A stretch of 64,000 bases of DNA from assembly GCA_947625385.1 (NCBI GenBank), contig CANQOB010000006.1, forward strand, positions 815 through 64,814. Reading direction: 5' to 3'. Under the pieces are notes generated by a model. That model had not been told where the DNA came from and did no database searches. It saw only the letters and a list, made by a program, of their open reading frames with translations. This DNA comes from an uncultured Clostridia bacterium (GTDB taxonomy: Bacteria; Bacillota; Clostridia; Christensenellales; Borkfalkiaceae). Below, piece after piece: positions 47,425-57,467 of this stretch. Numbering within the stretch: position 1 is the first letter of the stretch; every line of letters begins with the position of its first letter. The translations under genes and the position numbers were made by a program.

Positions 47425-47481
47425 CAAAAATACAAAAGATACGAACTAAATTCACCGCGATAGAGCGCGGAAAGAGGATAT

Positions 47482-48084
47482 ATGATCGGGTATCTGAAAG
47501 GAAAAGTGAAACATGTGGCTCCCGAGAGCGTGCTTTTGGAAGTCGGCGGCGTCGGCTACGAGATCGTGTGCTCCGGTGCGGCGTTTTCCCGCCTTGCGAG
47601 CGTCAAGAGCGGCGAGGAGGGCGAAGTCTTTACCTATCTGCGCGTTTCGGAGGACGACATCACCCTCTTCGGCTTTGCGGACCTTCGCGAAAAGGAGCTC
47701 TTTTTGCGGCTCACCTCCGTGCAGGGCGTGGGGGCGAAAGTCGCCATGAGCATCCTCTCCTCCATGCGCCCCGCAGATGTCTCCGAGGCGATCGCAACGG
47801 CGGATGCAAAGCGGCTCTCCGCGGCAAAGGGCGTGGGCAAAAAGGTTGCCGAACGCATCATTTTGGAGCTGCACGGCAAGATCTCCGCGGACGAGCTCCT
47901 CGGCTCGGAATCGGTGGGCGGGAGAGTATCGGCGGCACCCATGTCCGAGGATGAGGACGCAGTTTCCGCGCTCATGGGGCTCGGATTCACACGGCAGGAG
48001 AGCGCGCAGGCGGTCTCCCGCGCAAAGGCGCAAGGGGCGAAGTCCGTCGAGGAGATCATCGCAACGGCTCTGAGGGGGATATGA
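47482..48084 (+). CDS. ruvA: Holliday junction DNA helicase subunit RuvA
   Basis: MIGYLKGKV ... VGGVGYEI ... LTSVQGVGAKVA, typical of RuvA. Confidence 0.9.
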   Translation: MIGYLKGKVKHVAPESVLLEVGGVGYEIVCSGAAFSRLASVKSGEEGEVFTYLRVSEDDITLFGFADLREKELFLRLTSVQGVGAKVAMSILSSMRPADVSEAIATADAKRLSAAKGVGKKVAERIILELHGKISADELLGSESVGGRVSAAPMSEDEDAVSALMGLGFTRQESAQAVSRAKAQGAKSVEEIIATALRGI

Positions 48085-48878
48085 TGAAGGAGTTCACCGT
48101 CAAGGAAGGGACCGTCAAGGTGGACGGCATGGAAGTCGAGGAGGACTGTACCCGCCTCATCCTTCCGCCGAGCGTAAGAGAGATCGACGACTTTGCCTTC
48201 TTCGGCAACGGGACGCTTGAAGAGGTCGTCTTTTCCGAGGGGCTTCAACGCATCGGGGACTGTGCGTTCCGCGAATGCACGGCGCTCAGATCGCTCGTCT
48301 TTCCCGCGAGCCTGCAAACGGTCGGAAGTTCGGCGTTCATGGACTGCTCTTCCCTCGAAAGCGCCGTCTTTACGGGCGGCGGTCCCAAGGAGCTCCCCAC
48401 GGAGATGTTCTGCAACTGCAAGGCATTGAAAACGGTTCGGCTCGGTTCGGCGCTCCAAAATCTGAGTACGGGCATGGAGATCGGCGGCACCTTCGAAGAT
48501 TGCCTCTCGCTCGAAGAGATCGTTTTGCCCGAAGGGTGCGAGATCATCGACTGGGCGGCATTTTCGGGCTGCAAAAACCTCTCCCGCATCGTGCTCCCCT
48601 CCACATTGCAGAAGGTCGGCGAGAAATCGCTCTACGGCACGGCGGTCAAAGAGCTCGTCTTTGCGGAGGGGCTTCGGAGCCTCTGGAAGGCGATATACGG
48701 CTGCGAAAAGCTCACGCGCATCGTGCTCCCCTCCACGGTGACGTCGCTCTCCTACAAGGAGTTCGGCGGGGGACTTCCGAGCCTTCGCGAAGTCGTTTTG
48801 CCGAAAAGGTTCGAAGGGGACCTCGAGCTGTACTTTCAAAAAGAGGACTTCAGGCGCATCCACATCACGTTTATTTGA
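48081..48878 (+). CDS. BspA-type leucine-rich repeat (LRR_5) protein with no signal peptide
   Basis: Repeats of the form I.D.AF..C..L..VV.P..L..IG..AF. The start overlaps the ruvA stop (ATGA). Confidence 0.75.
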   Translation: MMKEFTVKEGTVKVDGMEVEEDCTRLILPPSVREIDDFAFFGNGTLEEVVFSEGLQRIGDCAFRECTALRSLVFPASLQTVGSSAFMDCSSLESAVFTGGGPKELPTEMFCNCKALKTVRLGSALQNLSTGMEIGGTFEDCLSLEEIVLPEGCEIIDWAAFSGCKNLSRIVLPSTLQKVGEKSLYGTAVKELVFAEGLRSLWKAIYGCEKLTRIVLPSTVTSLSYKEFGGGLPSLREVVLPKRFEGDLELYFQKEDFRRIHITFI

Positions 48879-48887
48879 GGAAGAACC

Positions 48888-49940
48888 ATGTTTGACGACG
48901 ACTTAGAGGAGGGCAGACTGCTCTCCGGCAACAAGAGCGAGCTCGACATCGAGGAAAATATCCTCCGTCCCAAGACGATGGAGGAGTACGTTGGGCAGGA
49001 AAAGGTCAAGGAAAACCTTGCGGTCTACATCGCCGCGGCAAAACAGCGCGGCGAGGCGCTCGACCACGTCCTTTTGTACGGTCCCCCCGGGCTCGGCAAG
49101 ACAACGCTCGCGCACATCATCGCGAACACGATGGGGACGCAGATCAAGGTGACGAGCGGACCCGCCATCGAGCGCGCGGGAGACCTCGCCGCCATCCTTA
49201 CCAATCTCAACGAGGGGGATATCCTCTTCATCGACGAGATTCACCGCCTCAACCATCAGGTGGAGGAGATCTTGTATTCCGCGATGGAGGATTATGCCCT
49301 CGACATCATCGTGGGGAAGGGTCCGTCCGCGCGCAATATCCGTTTTTCCCTGCGCAGGTTCACCCTCATCGGGGCGACGACGCGCGCGGGGATGCTCTCC
49401 TCGCCGCTTCGGGACCGCTTCGGCATCATGTGCCGTCTCGATATGTATTCTCCCGAAGAGCTCCAACGCATCGTCACCAGATCGGCGCGCACCCTCGGCA
49501 TCTCCATCGAGGAGGACGGGGCGTTCGAGATCGCACGGCGCTCGCGCGGCACGCCGCGCATCGCAAACCGGCTCTTGAAGCGCGTGCGGGATTTTTCCGT
49601 CGTGCTCGGTTCCTCCGCCGTCTCCCGCGGGGACGCCATGAAGGCGCTTGCCCGCATGGAGATCGACGAACTCGGGCTCGACGAGACCGACCGCAACCTC
49701 CTGCGCGCGCTGATCGAGAAATTCAACGGCGGACCCGCGGGGCTCGATACGCTCGCCGCGACCATCAACGAGGACGTCGGGACCATAGAGGACATCTACG
49801 AGCCCTACCTTTTGCAGCTCGGGTTCATCGCCCGCACGCCGCGCGGCAGGGTGTGTCTGAAAGGCGGTTATGAGCACATGGGGGTCAGAATGCCCGAGAG
49901 CGTACGGCGGCAACTTTCCGTGTTCGATACGGACGATTAA
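48888..49940 (+). CDS. ruvB: Holliday junction DNA helicase RuvB
   Basis: [12 protein letters not shown], Walker [10 protein letters not shown], Walker [10 protein letters not shown]. Confidence 0.93.
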   Translation: MFDDDLEEGRLLSGNKSELDIEENILRPKTMEEYVGQEKVKENLAVYIAAAKQRGEALDHVLLYGPPGLGKTTLAHIIANTMGTQIKVTSGPAIERAGDLAAILTNLNEGDILFIDEIHRLNHQVEEILYSAMEDYALDIIVGKGPSARNIRFSLRRFTLIGATTRAGMLSSPLRDRFGIMCRLDMYSPEELQRIVTRSARTLGISIEEDGAFEIARRSRGTPRIANRLLKRVRDFSVVLGSSAVSRGDAMKALARMEIDELGLDETDRNLLRALIEKFNGGPAGLDTLAATINEDVGTIEDIYEPYLLQLGFIARTPRGRVCLKGGYEHMGVRMPESVRRQLSVFDTDD

Positions 49941-49958
49941 AACGAAAAGGGGAAAAGC

Positions 49959-50765
49959 ATGGCGATCCAAGTAAAAAACCACGTTCTCATAAACGGCTGG
50001 GGAGAGGGCGGAGATCTCGTCATCCCGAGCGCTGTGGACGGAGCCGCCATCGAGGCGATCGGCATGAGCGCGTTTTTCGCAAATGCGCGGCTTACGGGCG
50101 TCACGATCCCGCGCGGCGTGAAACGAATCGGGGACAGTGCATTCTGCGGCTGTGAAAACATGAGGGCCGTTACCCTTCCGGAGGGGTTGCAAACGATCTG
50201 CGCGAGCGCGTTCCGCGGTTGCAGTTCTCTTCGGAGCGTCGTCATTCCGGACGGCATGACGGGCATCGGACCGAGCGCATTTGCTTCCTGTACTTCACTT
50301 GAGCACGTCGTCCTTCCCAAAGGCATGACGGACATTTCCTATGGTGCATTCTACGGCTGCACTTCTCTGAAAAGCGTCGTCTTTTCGGGCAGCATGAAGT
50401 CGATCGGACCAAAAGCATTTTCGCAGTGCACTTCCCTGAAAAGCGTCGTCTTTCCTGACGGCGCGGAACTCTCGGAAGACATCTTGGAAGGATGTTCCGC
50501 CCTCGAGAGCGTCGATCTGACGGCGTCGTCGGATTACTACCATGATCCGATGCCCCGCATCAACGCCCCCGCTACCCTCAAAAGGGTGAGCATCAGGGCA
50601 TGGAAAAACTCGTCGTGGGACGTTTGCGGCGGCAACTACAATTGGACCGGGTGGCTCCATGAGCTCCTTTCCGCGAATCCCGGCATCCGCGAACTCATTC
50701 TTCCCAAGGATGCCGAGACCGGACATGTGCCCATCCCCCCGAACTGCCGCATTACAAGAAGATAG
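49959..50765 (+). CDS. BspA-type leucine-rich repeat (LRR_5) protein with no signal peptide
   Basis: Repeats: [59 protein letters not shown]... Confidence 0.75.
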   Translation: MAIQVKNHVLINGWGEGGDLVIPSAVDGAAIEAIGMSAFFANARLTGVTIPRGVKRIGDSAFCGCENMRAVTLPEGLQTICASAFRGCSSLRSVVIPDGMTGIGPSAFASCTSLEHVVLPKGMTDISYGAFYGCTSLKSVVFSGSMKSIGPKAFSQCTSLKSVVFPDGAELSEDILEGCSALESVDLTASSDYYHDPMPRINAPATLKRVSIRAWKNSSWDVCGGNYNWTGWLHELLSANPGIRELILPKDAETGHVPIPPNCRITRR

Positions 50766-50773
50766 AATTCACG

Positions 50774-51772
50774 ATGAAAACTTCGGATTTTAACTACGAT
50801 CTGCCCGAGGAGCTCATCGCGCAGACCCCTGCGGAGCCGCGGGATTCTTCGCGGCTCTTAGTCTACCGCAGGGACACCAAAACCATCGAGCACCGCATCT
50901 TCCGCGACATCACGGACTATCTCAGAGCGGGGGATGTGCTCGTCGTCAACCGCACGCGGGTGCTGCCCGCGCGTCTCTTTGCCTATACCGAAAAGGGCGC
51001 AAAGGTGGAACTGTTGCTCCTCAAACGGCTCGCAATCGACGAGTGGGAGACCCTCGTAAAGCCCGGGAAGAAGTGCAGACCGGGGAAGCGGCTCACCGTG
51101 AACGGGGAGCTCTCCCTCGAGATCCTCTCCGTGACCGAGAGCGGCGAACGGCGGGTGAAGTTCTTCTTCGAGGGCGCCTTCGAGGACGTGCTCTCGCGCG
51201 TCGGCACCGTGCCGTTGCCGCCCTATATCCACGAAAAGCTGCAAGACCCCGAACGCTACCAGACGGTGTACTCCAAGGAGAACGGCTCCGCGGCGGCGCC
51301 CACCGCGGGACTGCACTTTACGAACGGACTTTTGGAGAAGATTCGCGGCATGGGGGTGGAGATCGTCGAAGTTCTGCTCCATGTCGGGCTCGGGACCTTC
51401 CGACCCGTCAAAGAAGAGGACGTGGAAAAACACGTCATGCACAGCGAATTTTACGAGGTCTCCGAGGAGGCAGCCGCCGCCGTCAACCGCGCCAAGCAGG
51501 AGGGCAGAAGGGTGATCTGTGTGGGGACGACTTCGGTGCGCACGCTCGAGTCCGTTGCGGACATGGGTGGCACGATTCATGCGGGAAGCGGGGAAACGAG
51601 CATCTTTTTGTACCCGCCCTACCGCATGAAGTGCGTGGATGCGCTCATCACCAATTTCCACCTTCCCCAGAGCACGCTGCTCATGCTTGTGTCCTGCCTC
51701 TGCTCGCGGGAGGAAGTCCTCGAAATCTACAAAGTGGCGGTCGAGGAGAAATATCGTTTCTTTTCTTTCGGC

Positions 51773-51793
<21 letters not shown>
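50774..51793 (+). CDS. queA: S-adenosylmethionine:tRNA ribosyltransferase-isomerase
   Basis: [12 protein letters not shown] ... TAGLHFT ... [10 protein letters not shown] ... RFFSFGDA. Confidence 0.92.
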
Positions 51794-53095
<1,302 letters not shown>

Positions 53096-53131
53096 AATTC
53101 TCGCGAAAAGGAAAATAAAGCGGGAAAACGC

Positions 53132-53160
53132 TTGCCAAAATTTTCCGGATAGGGTACAAT
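53132..53160 (+). promoter_or_regulatory. Sigma-A type promoter of yajC
   Basis: TTGCCA at 53132-53137, 17-bp spacer, TACAAT at 53155-53160. Confidence 0.45.
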
Positions 53161-53189
53161 ATCATTGAGAAAAAAAGGAGAATTTGGTT

Positions 53190-53717
53190 ATGAATTGGTT
53201 CTTGTTATTGGCAGAAGAAGGTTCCGAAACAACGACAACGACGGGAGGAAATATGGGTTGGGTGACTTGGGTCATCCTCGCCGTCGTCGTGGTGGCGTTC
53301 ATCGCGTGGTTCGTGTTCTCGAACAGAAAGAACAAAAAACAGCAGAAGGAATATGTGGAGCAGATCGAAGCCATCCGTCCCGGTCATAAGATCAAGACGG
53401 TGGGCGGACTGTGCGGAATCGTTGTCGAAGTCTGCGACGACAACACCGTCATCATGGAGACGGGCAGCGAGCAATCGGGCAAGTCCTACTTCAAGTTGGA
53501 CAAGGAGTATATCTATCAGACGGACGCAAAGGGTCCGACGCAGATCGCGCGCGAGGAAGCGGAGGCGGCAAAGAAGGCTGCCAAAGAGGCTCCCGCCGAG
53601 GGCGAGACGCCGGCAGAAGCCCCTGCGGAGCCGGTCGCCGAGACGCCCGCAGAAGCTCCCGCGGAGCCTGTCGAGACTCCCGTTGAATCCGCGACCGATG
53701 CGCCCCGCGACGAATAA
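53190..53717 (+). CDS. yajC: Preprotein translocase subunit YajC with an acidic/proline-rich C-terminal extension
   Basis: A TM helix followed by IRPGHKIKTVGGLCGIVVEV. ATG 53190 lies 9 nt after SD AGGAG; the track ORF starts at TTG 53184. Confidence 0.8.
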   Translation: MNWFLLLAEEGSETTTTTGGNMGWVTWVILAVVVVAFIAWFVFSNRKNKKQQKEYVEQIEAIRPGHKIKTVGGLCGIVVEVCDDNTVIMETGSEQSGKSYFKLDKEYIYQTDAKGPTQIAREEAEAAKKAAKEAPAEGETPAEAPAEPVAETPAEAPAEPVETPVESATDAPRDE

Positions 53718-53737
53718 GATCGAGAATATCCGGACAG

Positions 53738-53772
53738 ACCTCCGCATACCGTAAGGATAGCGGAGGTTTTTT
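53738..53772 (+). terminator. Intrinsic terminator after yajC
   Basis: ACCTCCGC (53738-53745) pairs with GCGGAGGT (53760-53767), then a T-run to 53772. The 3' arm contains the GGAGG that would serve as SD for the next gene. Confidence 0.7.
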
Positions 53773-53774
53773 GT

Positions 53775-54152
53775 ATGGAAGGTTGGAAAAGTGCGGTCAA
53801 GGAAGTTGCGCTCGCGGCGGTCGCGGGAGCCGTTTTCTATCTTTTGGCGGCGGCGGTGTTCGCGGCGCTCGTCAAAGCCTATGCGCCGCCCGAGAGCGTG
53901 GTGACGGCGACGAATTGGGTCCTCAAAGGCGTGGGGAGCCTGCTCTTCCCCCTGCTCTTCATCCATAAGGGCAAGGCGCTTTTGAAGGGCGCGGCGGCGG
54001 GTGCGGTCGGCTGCATCGTCAGCATGCTGCTCTTTGCGGCGATCGGCGGAGGGTTTCATCTCACCGTATTTTTCCCGCTCGAGCTCCTGTTCTGTGCGGC
54101 AATCGCCGCCGTCGGCGCGCTTTGCGGCGTAAAATTGCGCAAAGAGGGATAA
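53775..54152 (+). CDS. Small multi-TM membrane protein (possibly TIGR04086-like, which I recall often neighbouring SCIFF)
   Basis: 125 aa with 3-4 predicted TM helices. It sits between yajC and scfA. Confidence 0.6.
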   Translation: MEGWKSAVKEVALAAVAGAVFYLLAAAVFAALVKAYAPPESVVTATNWVLKGVGSLLFPLLFIHKGKALLKGAAAGAVGCIVSMLLFAAIGGGFHLTVFFPLELLFCAAIAAVGALCGVKLRKEG

Positions 54153-54157
54153 AATGC

Positions 54158-54186
54158 TTGTCATTTGATGCGAAGTGTAGTATAAT
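54158..54186 (+). promoter_or_regulatory. Sigma-A type promoter of scfA-scfB
   Basis: TTGTCA at 54158-54163, 17-bp spacer, TATAAT at 54181-54186. Confidence 0.5.
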
Positions 54187-54212
54187 AGAGAAAAACATTT
54201 TGGAGAACCGTC

Positions 54213-54368
54213 ATGATCAAAACGATTGCAAAACCGACCGAAAAGAAAGTTACGGGCTGCGGCGAGTGCAGAAGCACCTGCCAATCCGCTTGCAAGACGA
54301 GCTGCACCGTGGGCAACCAGTCCTGCGAGAGAGTCACCCGCGAGCAGAAGATCGAAGAAGTGAAATAA
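54213..54368 (+). CDS. scfA: Six-cysteine ranthipeptide precursor SCIFF (51 aa; absent from the supplied ORF track)
   Basis: My translation is MIKTIAKPTEKKVTGCGECRSTCQSACKTSCTVGNQSCERVTREQKIEEVK. It carries the hallmark GCGEC..(S/T)CQSACKTSCTVGNQ.CE with six Cys. SD GGAG and a consensus promoter lie upstream, and the radical SAM maturase is immediately downstream. Confidence 0.9.
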   Translation: MIKTIAKPTEKKVTGCGECRSTCQSACKTSCTVGNQSCERVTREQKIEEVK

Positions 54369-54382
54369 CCGTAACGGTGCGG

Positions 54383-54408
54383 AAAGCGGCGCGCGGGCGT
54401 CGCTTTTT
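54383..54408 (+). terminator. Hairpin plus T-run between scfA and scfB (partial terminator/attenuator)
   Basis: AAAGCGGCGC, loop GCGG, GCGTCGCTTT (one G-U pair), then TT. Confidence 0.55.
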
Positions 54409-54422
54409 CCCGTATTTTTTAT

Positions 54423-55730
54423 ATGAGACACGTCTTTTCCTATCACGAGAAATACTATATCTATGACGTGGGGAGCGGGAGTCTGCACGAATGCGACGAG
54501 GCGACGGCGAAACTTCTTTCGGGAGAGCCCGTTTGCATCGGCAGCGGCGAGCTGTCCTCCGCAGTCTCCGGCATCCGCGCCCTCCGCGACGCGGGGCTTT
54601 TGGACGCGCCCGAGACGGCGGTGCGTCCCGTCAAGTCGCACGACATCAAGGCGCTTTGCCTGCATGTCTCGCACGACTGCAACCTGCGCTGCCGCTACTG
54701 CTTTGCGGACGAGGGCGCCTATCATTCCGCGCGCGAGGTGATGAGCTTTGAGACGGCGAAGGCGGCGATCGACTTCCTTCTTCGCAACAGCGGAACGAGA
54801 CAGGTGCTCGAAGTGGATTTCTTCGGCGGCGAGCCGCTCATGAATCTCGGCGTCGTCAAAGAGACGGTGTACTACGCAAAGCGCGAGGCGGCGAAGCTCG
54901 GCAAGAAATTTCTCTTTACGACGACGACGAACGGACTGCTTTTGGACGACGAGACCATCGAATTTTTCAACGAGGAGATGGAGAACGTCGTTTTGTCCCT
55001 CGACGGGAGAAAGGAAGTGCACGACGCCGTGAGAAAGACGGTCAGCGGCAAGGGAAGTTTCGACGCGGTGATCGGGAAGATCAAGAAATTCGTCAAAGCG
55101 AGAGGGGACAAGCATTACTATGTCCGCGGCACCTTCACGGCGAACAATCTCGATTTTTCCAAGGACGTGCTCTTCCTCGCCGACAACGGCTTCGACAGCA
55201 TCTCCATGGAGCCCGTCGTCACCGATCTCGACGATTTGCAGATCAAAGAGGAACATCTGCCCGTCATCGAGCGGGAGTACGAGACACTCTGCGACGAGTA
55301 TGTAAAGCGCGAACGGGAGGGAAGGGGATTTCTCTTCTTCCATTTTCAGATCGATCTCGAAGGCGGACCCTGCCTCGCAAAGCGCGTGTCCGCATGCGGC
55401 GCGGGAAACGAGTATTTTTCCGTCGTTCCCTGCGGCGATATCTATCCCTGCCATCAATTTGCGGGCGACAAGGATTTTTGCATGGGCAACGTATTCGAGG
55501 GCGTCCTCGACGAAACGATTCGGGATAAATTTGCCGCGAGCAGTCTCTTCACGCGGGAGAAATGCGGGGATTGCTTCGCCAAATATATCTGCTCGGGCGG
55601 GTGCAGCGCGAACAACTATCATTTCACGGGCGACATCAACAAACCCTACGAGATGACGTGCGCCATGATGAAAAAACGCATCGAATGTGCGATGCATGTG
55701 CTCGCGATGAGAAAATCTTCGGAAAATTGA
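54423..55730 (+). CDS. scfB: Radical SAM/SPASM thioether cross-link-forming SCIFF maturase
   Basis: CNLRCRYCF radical SAM cluster, C-terminal SPASM cysteines (CGAGNEYFSVVPCGDIYPC ... CGDCFAKYICSGGC), adjacent to scfA. Confidence 0.9.
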   Translation: MRHVFSYHEKYYIYDVGSGSLHECDEATAKLLSGEPVCIGSGELSSAVSGIRALRDAGLLDAPETAVRPVKSHDIKALCLHVSHDCNLRCRYCFADEGAYHSAREVMSFETAKAAIDFLLRNSGTRQVLEVDFFGGEPLMNLGVVKETVYYAKREAAKLGKKFLFTTTTNGLLLDDETIEFFNEEMENVVLSLDGRKEVHDAVRKTVSGKGSFDAVIGKIKKFVKARGDKHYYVRGTFTANNLDFSKDVLFLADNGFDSISMEPVVTDLDDLQIKEEHLPVIEREYETLCDEYVKREREGRGFLFFHFQIDLEGGPCLAKRVSACGAGNEYFSVVPCGDIYPCHQFAGDKDFCMGNVFEGVLDETIRDKFAASSLFTREKCGDCFAKYICSGGCSANNYHFTGDINKPYEMTCAMMKKRIECAMHVLAMRKSSEN

Positions 55731-55772
55731 CGGAAAAAAGAGAAGAAAATTCATCAAGCGGCGCATTTCGGC

Positions 55773-55801
55773 TTGACGAAAAACCGCATTTCCTATATAA
55801 T
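55773..55801 (+). promoter_or_regulatory. Sigma-A type promoter of secDF
   Basis: TTGACG at 55773-55778, 17-bp spacer, TATAAT at 55796-55801. Confidence 0.5.
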
Positions 55802-55862
55802 TATGAAATAGTGAGTTACCGAGCGGTCACGCAAGTTGCCGCTTCGCATACAGGAGGAGCCA

Positions 55863-57467
55863 ATGAACAAGGTAAAATCGGCAATTTGTCTCACCTTGAT
55901 CACGATACTCATCGCCGGCGTCATATTCATGTGCTCGGCGATGTTCACGCACGGTCAGGCGGGCGCGTCGAGGTACAACAATATCGTATCCATGACGGAT
56001 AAGGACGCGCAGTACGGCGGGTTGACCTTCGACGACGACGGAACGGACTTTGCGGAAGGCAAAGCCGAGGATAAGGAAAACTATTACCGCGGCGGCGGAT
56101 TTGTCGCCGTCTACTATCCCGCCGGCGTCCTTTCGGAGAGCGAATACGCCGCGAACCTCGCCGCCTATGAGAACAACGACGAGCAGAGAGAGGAGTACGA
56201 AAAGCAGTACGGGAACCGCGTGGGCTCGCTCTATTTCGAGAGCGACCTCGTCGAGAAGGCGACGGACGGAACGTTTACGCCGACCGAGGATTTCCTCGCG
56301 GATTTCGACAACGCCGTCTCCCAGCTCAAAACGCGCATCGAGCGGCTGGAAATGGCAAACGCCCGCGTCGACCTCATCAACGAGTACGCCGTGCGCGTGT
56401 ACCTGCCCTCCGTGAGAGCGCGCCAGGACAACAGCGAACTTCTCACCGTGTTCAACAGCGTCCGCCGCATCGGAGAATTTACCGTGAGCGCGGGCTCGTC
56501 CGAGACCGACGCAACGCCCATTTCCTACGGAAAGAAGGAAGTGAACGGCGTCTATGAGGACGAGACGATCTCCGACTATGTGAGCGGCGTCTCGCCCTAC
56601 ATCGTGGGCTCGGCTGCGGTCGTCAACGTCGATTTCACCGACAAGGGGCAGCAATGGTTGCAGGAGCACACTGCGGAAGCAGCCAGCTCCGCGGTCACCC
56701 TCGTGTTCAAGATCGGGGAAGAGACGGTCGCCTCCGTCTCTACGAGCGAGACGATCACCTCCCGCACCGTGCAGTTCGGCAAATCGGGCGGCTCCACGAT
56801 GACGGCGTTTTCTCCCTTCGAGGCGCGCGCCGTCGCGGCTTCCCTGAATACCGCCATCCGCAACGCCGACAATTCTCTCTCCTTCACGGTGGGGGACTTC
56901 ACCTTCGAGAAGGCGCAGTTCGGCGACCTTGCGCTCACCCTGCTCTACATCGCGTTCGCCGTGCTCTTTGTCGGCATGATGGTGTTCTTCTTCGTGCGCT
57001 ACCACGGACTTGCGATCGCGCACCTCTATTCCTTCCTCATCTATGTGTTGCCCATGATCGTGCTCGTCTGGGCGATTCCCTTCCTCAATCTGAGCGTCTG
57101 GACGGTGGTTGCCATCGCGCTCGGCGGGCTGCTGCTCTCCGTCTGCAATGTCATCTCCTATGAGAGCGCGCGCAAGGAGTTTGCGCTCGGCAAGACGATC
57201 GCGTCCTCCGTCAAGACGGGGTACAAGAAGTGCTTCTGGCTCATCTTCGACCTGCATATCGCGGTCGCGCTCTTCGGCTTCGTCACCTATTTCATTGCGC
57301 TTACCCAGCTCTCTGTGTTCGCGTTCACGCTCGGGCTTGCCGCCGTCTTGTCCGGTCTCTGCTCGCTCGCGGTCAACCGCTTCCATTGGGCGATGCTCAT
57401 GACATTCACGAAAAAGCCCGGTGATTTCTGCAACTTCAAGCGCGAGGAGGTCGCCGACGATGAGTAA
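55863..57467 (+). CDS. secD: Protein translocase subunit SecD
   Basis: N-terminal TM helix, a large periplasmic-type domain and a C-terminal 5-TM SecD/F core. SD AGGAGGAG is present. Confidence 0.85.
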   Translation: MNKVKSAICLTLITILIAGVIFMCSAMFTHGQAGASRYNNIVSMTDKDAQYGGLTFDDDGTDFAEGKAEDKENYYRGGGFVAVYYPAGVLSESEYAANLAAYENNDEQREEYEKQYGNRVGSLYFESDLVEKATDGTFTPTEDFLADFDNAVSQLKTRIERLEMANARVDLINEYAVRVYLPSVRARQDNSELLTVFNSVRRIGEFTVSAGSSETDATPISYGKKEVNGVYEDETISDYVSGVSPYIVGSAAVVNVDFTDKGQQWLQEHTAEAASSAVTLVFKIGEETVASVSTSETITSRTVQFGKSGGSTMTAFSPFEARAVAASLNTAIRNADNSLSFTVGDFTFEKAQFGDLALTLLYIAFAVLFVGMMVFFFVRYHGLAIAHLYSFLIYVLPMIVLVWAIPFLNLSVWTVVAIALGGLLLSVCNVISYESARKEFALGKTIASSVKTGYKKCFWLIFDLHIAVALFGFVTYFIALTQLSVFAFTLGLAAVLSGLCSLAVNRFHWAMLMTFTKKPGDFCNFKREEVADDE

